A DNA stretch of 10,957 nucleotides from Candidatus Izemoplasmatales bacterium. GTDB lineage: Bacteria > Bacillota_I > Bacilli_A > Izemoplasmatales > Hujiaoplasmataceae. This document shows, in pieces, positions 7,696-10,957 of the stretch (the first letter of the stretch is position 1; the number at the start of each line of letters is the position of its first letter). The stretch is from the NCBI GenBank assembly GCA_050177605.1, contig JBFXGX010000041.1, positions 1-10,957 of the forward strand. The letters run 5' to 3'. Position numbers and translations under genes: made by a program. The notes under the pieces are model-generated. The model was given only the letters and a program-made list of their open reading frames with translations, ran no database searches and was not told the DNA's origin.

Positions 7696-8992
7696 GAGAT
7701 ATCACCTCAATAAATTCTTTGAGTTTATCGATACTACGAGAAGCATAAAGCTCTTTTCTTTCTTTTTTATGGTGAGTTTCTTTTAGTTCAGGAAAAATAC
7801 CAAAATTAGCATTCATCGGTTGAAAATAGGAAGGTTCTGAATTCGCTAAATAAAAAGCTTGTGATCCCATCGCGGTTTCTTTTGGAAAAGGAATCAACGG
7901 TTTTTCTTGAATCATTCGAGCCATAGATATCGATGCGATCATTGCAGAACCTACCGATTCGACATATCCTTCTACCCCACTTAATTGACCAGCAAAAAAG
8001 ATGTTCGATTGATTTTTCATTTGGTAAAATTCATTCAAGATTTTTGGGGCGTTGATATAAGTGTTGCGATGCATTACACCATATCGAACAATCGATGCTT
8101 TTTCAAGACCAGGAATCATCTGGATAATTCGTTTTTGTTCAGGAAAAGTAAGATGGGTTTGAAATCCAACAATATTATATAAGCTACCTTGAAGGTTATC
8201 TTGCCTTAATTGAACCACAGCATATGGCTTCGTTCCATCTGGTTTGCGAAGTCCGACTGGTTTCATAGGTCCATATAGAAGCGTTTGCTCCCCACGTCTT
8301 GCCATCTCTTCAAATGGCATACATCCTTCAAAAACTTTGAGTTCAAAATCCTTAGGGATGACACATTCAGCTTTTACGAGTTCGTTGTACCAAAGGTCAT
8401 ACTCTTCTCTTGTCATAGGACAATTGATATAAGTTGCCTCTCCTTTGTCATATCTTGATTTAAAGTATGCTTTACTCATATCAATCGAATCAAATTCAAT
8501 GATAGGCGCTGCCGCATCAAAGAAGTATAGGGTGTCTTCGCCTGTGAGTTTCTTTATTTCTTCAAATAATCCATCACTTGTTAGTGGCCCAGTTGCAATA
8601 ATCACATACCCTTCAGGAAGTGAAGTTACTTCTTCGTGGATAATTTCTATCTTTGGATGATTCATAATTTTATCAGTACATCGTTTTGAGAACTCATCTC
8701 GATCTACAGCCAATGCACTTCCTGCTGGAACTTGTGTTTCATCAGCGCATTTGATAACTACACTATCTAGTAATCTTAACTCTTCTTTCAAAACGCCAGC
8801 AGCGTTCATCATGGAATTAGAACGAAACGAATTGGAACAAACTAGTTCTGCAAAACCTTCGCTTTTGTGTGCCGGAGATTTTTTGATTTTCTTCATTTCA
8901 TATAGTTTTACGTTGATCCCTCTTTTGGCGAGTTGGTAACTTGCTTCAGTGCCAGCTAATCCCGCACCAATTACATGAACTACTTTTTCCAT
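7688..8992 (-). CDS. trmFO: FADH2/folate-dependent tRNA (uracil-54-C5)-methyltransferase TrmFO (Gid)
   Basis: VIGAGLAGTEA FAD-binding motif, AELVCSNS, FEGCMP, GPMKPVGL, YNIVGFQT, RYGVMHRNTY, FAGQLSGVEGYVES, FQPMNANFG; 434 aa. Confidence 0.97.
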   Translation of the reverse strand: MEKVVHVIGAGLAGTEASYQLAKRGINVKLYEMKKIKKSPAHKSEGFAELVCSNSFRSNSMMNAAGVLKEELRLLDSVVIKCADETQVPAGSALAVDRDEFSKRCTDKIMNHPKIEIIHEEVTSLPEGYVIIATGPLTSDGLFEEIKKLTGEDTLYFFDAAAPIIEFDSIDMSKAYFKSRYDKGEATYINCPMTREEYDLWYNELVKAECVIPKDFELKVFEGCMPFEEMARRGEQTLLYGPMKPVGLRKPDGTKPYAVVQLRQDNLQGSLYNIVGFQTHLTFPEQKRIIQMIPGLEKASIVRYGVMHRNTYINAPKILNEFYQMKNQSNIFFAGQLSGVEGYVESVGSAMIASISMARMIQEKPLIPFPKETAMGSQAFYLANSEPSYFQPMNANFGIFPELKETHHKKERKELYASRSIDKLKEFIEVISRE

Positions 8993-9013
8993 GATTTCAC
9001 ATCCTCTTAAGAT

Positions 9014-9022
9014 ATTATACCA
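9014..9022 (-). promoter_or_regulatory. Extended -10 promoter of trmFO-xerC
   Basis: TGGTATAAT on the minus strand, between the amylase terminator and RBS AGAGGA. Confidence 0.6.
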
Positions 9023-9039
9023 AATTTAATTCTAATTCG

Positions 9040-9066
9040 AAAAGAAAAGCCACGAATAGTGGCTTT
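9040..9066 (-). terminator. Intrinsic terminator of the alpha-amylase gene
   Basis: Stem AAAGCCAC (9046-9053), 5-nt loop, GTGGCTTT (9059-9066). On the minus strand it reads TAA-AGCCAC-TATTC-GTGGC-TTTTCTTTT. Confidence 0.8.
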
Positions 9067-10354
9067 ATTTTTTGATTTGAATAATGATTGGCGATTTTGA
9101 TAAAACAATTTTGGAATCTTCGACTTTAACTTTTTTACTTCCTAGTTTATTTGAGTAGACACCATCTGGTAAATCAACTTTCATTACGCCTTCAACAAGA
9201 CCGACATTGAAAATACCAATCCATTTTTCTTGTTCGTTTTCAAAAGTTTGATAAGCAACTTCATCCACTTCAGGAAAACGTACTTGGTAAACTCCACTGC
9301 TAAAAACTTTTCTTTTTTTAATTTTCGTCAGCTTTTGAATGAAATCAGTAATATCAGTTTGATGGTCAAACACATCTTTTTCAAATAAATCAGGTCTTTT
9401 TAAAGATACGAATTCATTCCCAGCGTATAACATCATTGCGCCTTTTTGGAAGAACATAAATCCAGTCCAGTTAAGTATTTTATCCATATTGTTATGAACA
9501 AGAGAAGCTAAACGAGTACAATCATGATTATCTAGGTATTTCATTTTAACATAATTTCTTGGGTATATTTCCTCTTGACGATCAATGGCTTCTAAATAAT
9601 CTTTAAAAGGTCTTTCACCCTTTAAGTAATGTTCGAAAAATGGATATGCATCATAATCATAAGACATATCAAATACTTGATAGATTTCACTTTCTGAAGC
9701 ACATTCAAAACCTTGATTGCGAATATATTTTGCGAAACTTCCATGAACCGATTCACTTAGCCACATAACATTACGATTAATCTTAGATACTTCTTTCCTT
9801 GCGTATGTCCAAAAGTCTAGTGGAACTAAGCTAGCTACATCCATTCTAAATCCGTCAACACCCATAGCGGCGTACATTTTTAATGTATTTGCAAGTTCTT
9901 TGTATAAACCTTTATCCTTGGTATAATCAAAGTCAGTAACATCCCACCAATCTCCAACTCGATTCGCAAATTCACCACTTGCATCCTTGTAAAAGTATTC
10001 AGGGTGTTCTTTTAATAATCTTGAATCTCTTGATGTATGATTAAACACTTCATCCATCATCACTTTCATTTTTCGTGCGTGAATCTCTTTGATTAATGCT
10101 TGGAAATCATCCATCGTTCCTAGTTCTGAATTAATTAAGTTATAGTCCTCAATTGAATACGGACTTCCCAACGATCCTTTACGATTTTTCTTCCCAATTG
10201 GATGGACTGGAAGCAAATAGATAACATCAACGCCAAGCGCCTTGATTCTGTCTAAATCTTTCACTAAAGCGTTAAAAGTACCTTCTTCAGTATGATTTCT
10301 AACAAAGACTTGATAAATAACTAAATTTCTAAGTGATATTTTCGTTGTTTTCAT
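9065..10354 (-). CDS. GH13 alpha-amylase-family glycoside hydrolase, cytoplasmic (429 aa)
   Basis: GH13 conserved regions: DEVFNH (I), GFRMDVA (II, nucleophile), WLSES (III, acid/base), YLDNHD (IV). No signal peptide. Start moved from 10408 to ATG 10354 (MKTTK), which follows RBS AAAGGAG (10360-10366). Confidence 0.93.
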   Translation of the reverse strand: MKTTKISLRNLVIYQVFVRNHTEEGTFNALVKDLDRIKALGVDVIYLLPVHPIGKKNRKGSLGSPYSIEDYNLINSELGTMDDFQALIKEIHARKMKVMMDEVFNHTSRDSRLLKEHPEYFYKDASGEFANRVGDWWDVTDFDYTKDKGLYKELANTLKMYAAMGVDGFRMDVASLVPLDFWTYARKEVSKINRNVMWLSESVHGSFAKYIRNQGFECASESEIYQVFDMSYDYDAYPFFEHYLKGERPFKDYLEAIDRQEEIYPRNYVKMKYLDNHDCTRLASLVHNNMDKILNWTGFMFFQKGAMMLYAGNEFVSLKRPDLFEKDVFDHQTDITDFIQKLTKIKKRKVFSSGVYQVRFPEVDEVAYQTFENEQEKWIGIFNVGLVEGVMKVDLPDGVYSNKLGSKKVKVEDSKIVLSKSPIIIQIKK

Positions 10355-10391
10355 ATAAACTCCTTTAAAATGATATCGACACTTCAAGTGT

Positions 10392-10400
10392 ACTATATCA
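10392..10400 (-). promoter_or_regulatory. Candidate extended -10 promoter for the alpha-amylase gene
   Basis: TGATATAGT on the minus strand (one mismatch to TGnTATAAT), about 37 nt upstream of the start codon. Confidence 0.45.
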
Positions 10401-10453
10401 AAGGCCAATTGTCTATCTTTAATCTATGCTAAATGTAAAATAAATGTGTGATA

Positions 10454-10512
10454 TGTAAATGGAATTTACAGAGTGAATTTTGAATATTTCAAAGTATGTA
10501 ACTATTTACATA
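10454..10512. promoter_or_regulatory. Two TGTAA...TTACA palindromes, candidate operators
   Basis: TGTAAAT-GGA-ATTTACA (10454-10470) and TATGTAA-CTAT-TTACATA (10495-10512), in the divergent amylase/LacI intergenic region. Confidence 0.4.
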
Positions 10513-10586
10513 TTTATCTTTTCTTTTTCCATTATAAAGAGTATAATGGACCTATAGCAAACTAAAAACGAATGGAAGTGAAGCTT

Positions 10587-10957
10587 TTGGCAACTATCAA
10601 AGATGTCGCAAAATTGGCGCACGTTAGCGTTGCGACAGTATCTAGAGTTATTAATAAGAAAGGCTATGTAAACGAGTCCACAAAGGAACTTGTGTTAGAT
10701 GCAATCAACGAATTGCAATATGTACCAAACGAGCTTGCAAGATCTCTATTTAAAAAGCAATCAAGAATCATTGGAATCATTGTACCTCATTTAACTTCTT
10801 ACTATTTTGCTGAGTTACTAGAAATCATCGAAGATATCACAATCAATTACAATTATCGTTTAATGGTATGTAACAGTCAAGATAACAAAGAAAGAGAAAC
10901 AAAATATTTAAAGGTTTTCCAACAATATAATATTGATGGAATTATTCTTATTTCAAA
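10587..10957 (+). CDS. LacI-family transcriptional regulator (ScrR-like), 3'-truncated; absent from the ORF track
   Basis: Manual translation from TTG 10587: MATIKDVAKLAHVSVATVSRVINKKGYVNESTKELVLDAINELQYVPNELARSLFKKQSRIIGIIVP...NIDGIILIS. This is a classic LacI HTH plus hinge helix, open to the window end. RBS-like GGAAGTG at 10574-10580, alternative in-frame ATG at 10572, TATAAT at 10542-10547. Confidence 0.95.
   Translation, partial: MATIKDVAKLAHVSVATVSRVINKKGYVNESTKELVLDAINELQYVPNELARSLFKKQSRIIGIIVPHLTSYYFAELLEIIEDITINYNYRLMVCNSQDNKERETKYLKVFQQYNIDGIILIS

Noticed and set aside
7985..8939. Four short plus-strand ORFs (62-71 aa)
   Set aside because: All lie antisense within trmFO and read as shadow ORFs with no recognisable motifs.

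Overview
AT-rich window from a low-GC Bacillota-lineage bacterium. TGA serves as a stop codon and Trp is encoded by TGG, so the code is table 11; an Acholeplasmatales/Izemoplasmatales-like host is plausible but only inferred. Gene order: 5'-truncated ptsI (PTS Enzyme I) translationally coupled to ptsH (HPr); a convergent membrane-embedded M28 Zn-metallopeptidase; a DUF2161-like PD-(D/E)XK protein; a 2-TM hypothetical protein; a convergent double-CxxC hypothetical protein resembling Imm11/double-CXXCG immunity proteins, with no toxin nearby; a MATE efflux pump; trmFO-xerC; a cytoplasmic GH13 alpha-amylase; and a divergent, 3'-truncated LacI-family regulator that the ORF track misses. Four intrinsic terminators and many extended -10 promoters are visible. 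I see no RNA genes, CRISPR arrays, IS elements or prophage. Most of the window is housekeeping or sugar metabolism. The least explained part is 3250-5202 (nuclease-fold protein, membrane protein, orphan immunity-like protein), but the sequence alone does not establish a new system there.
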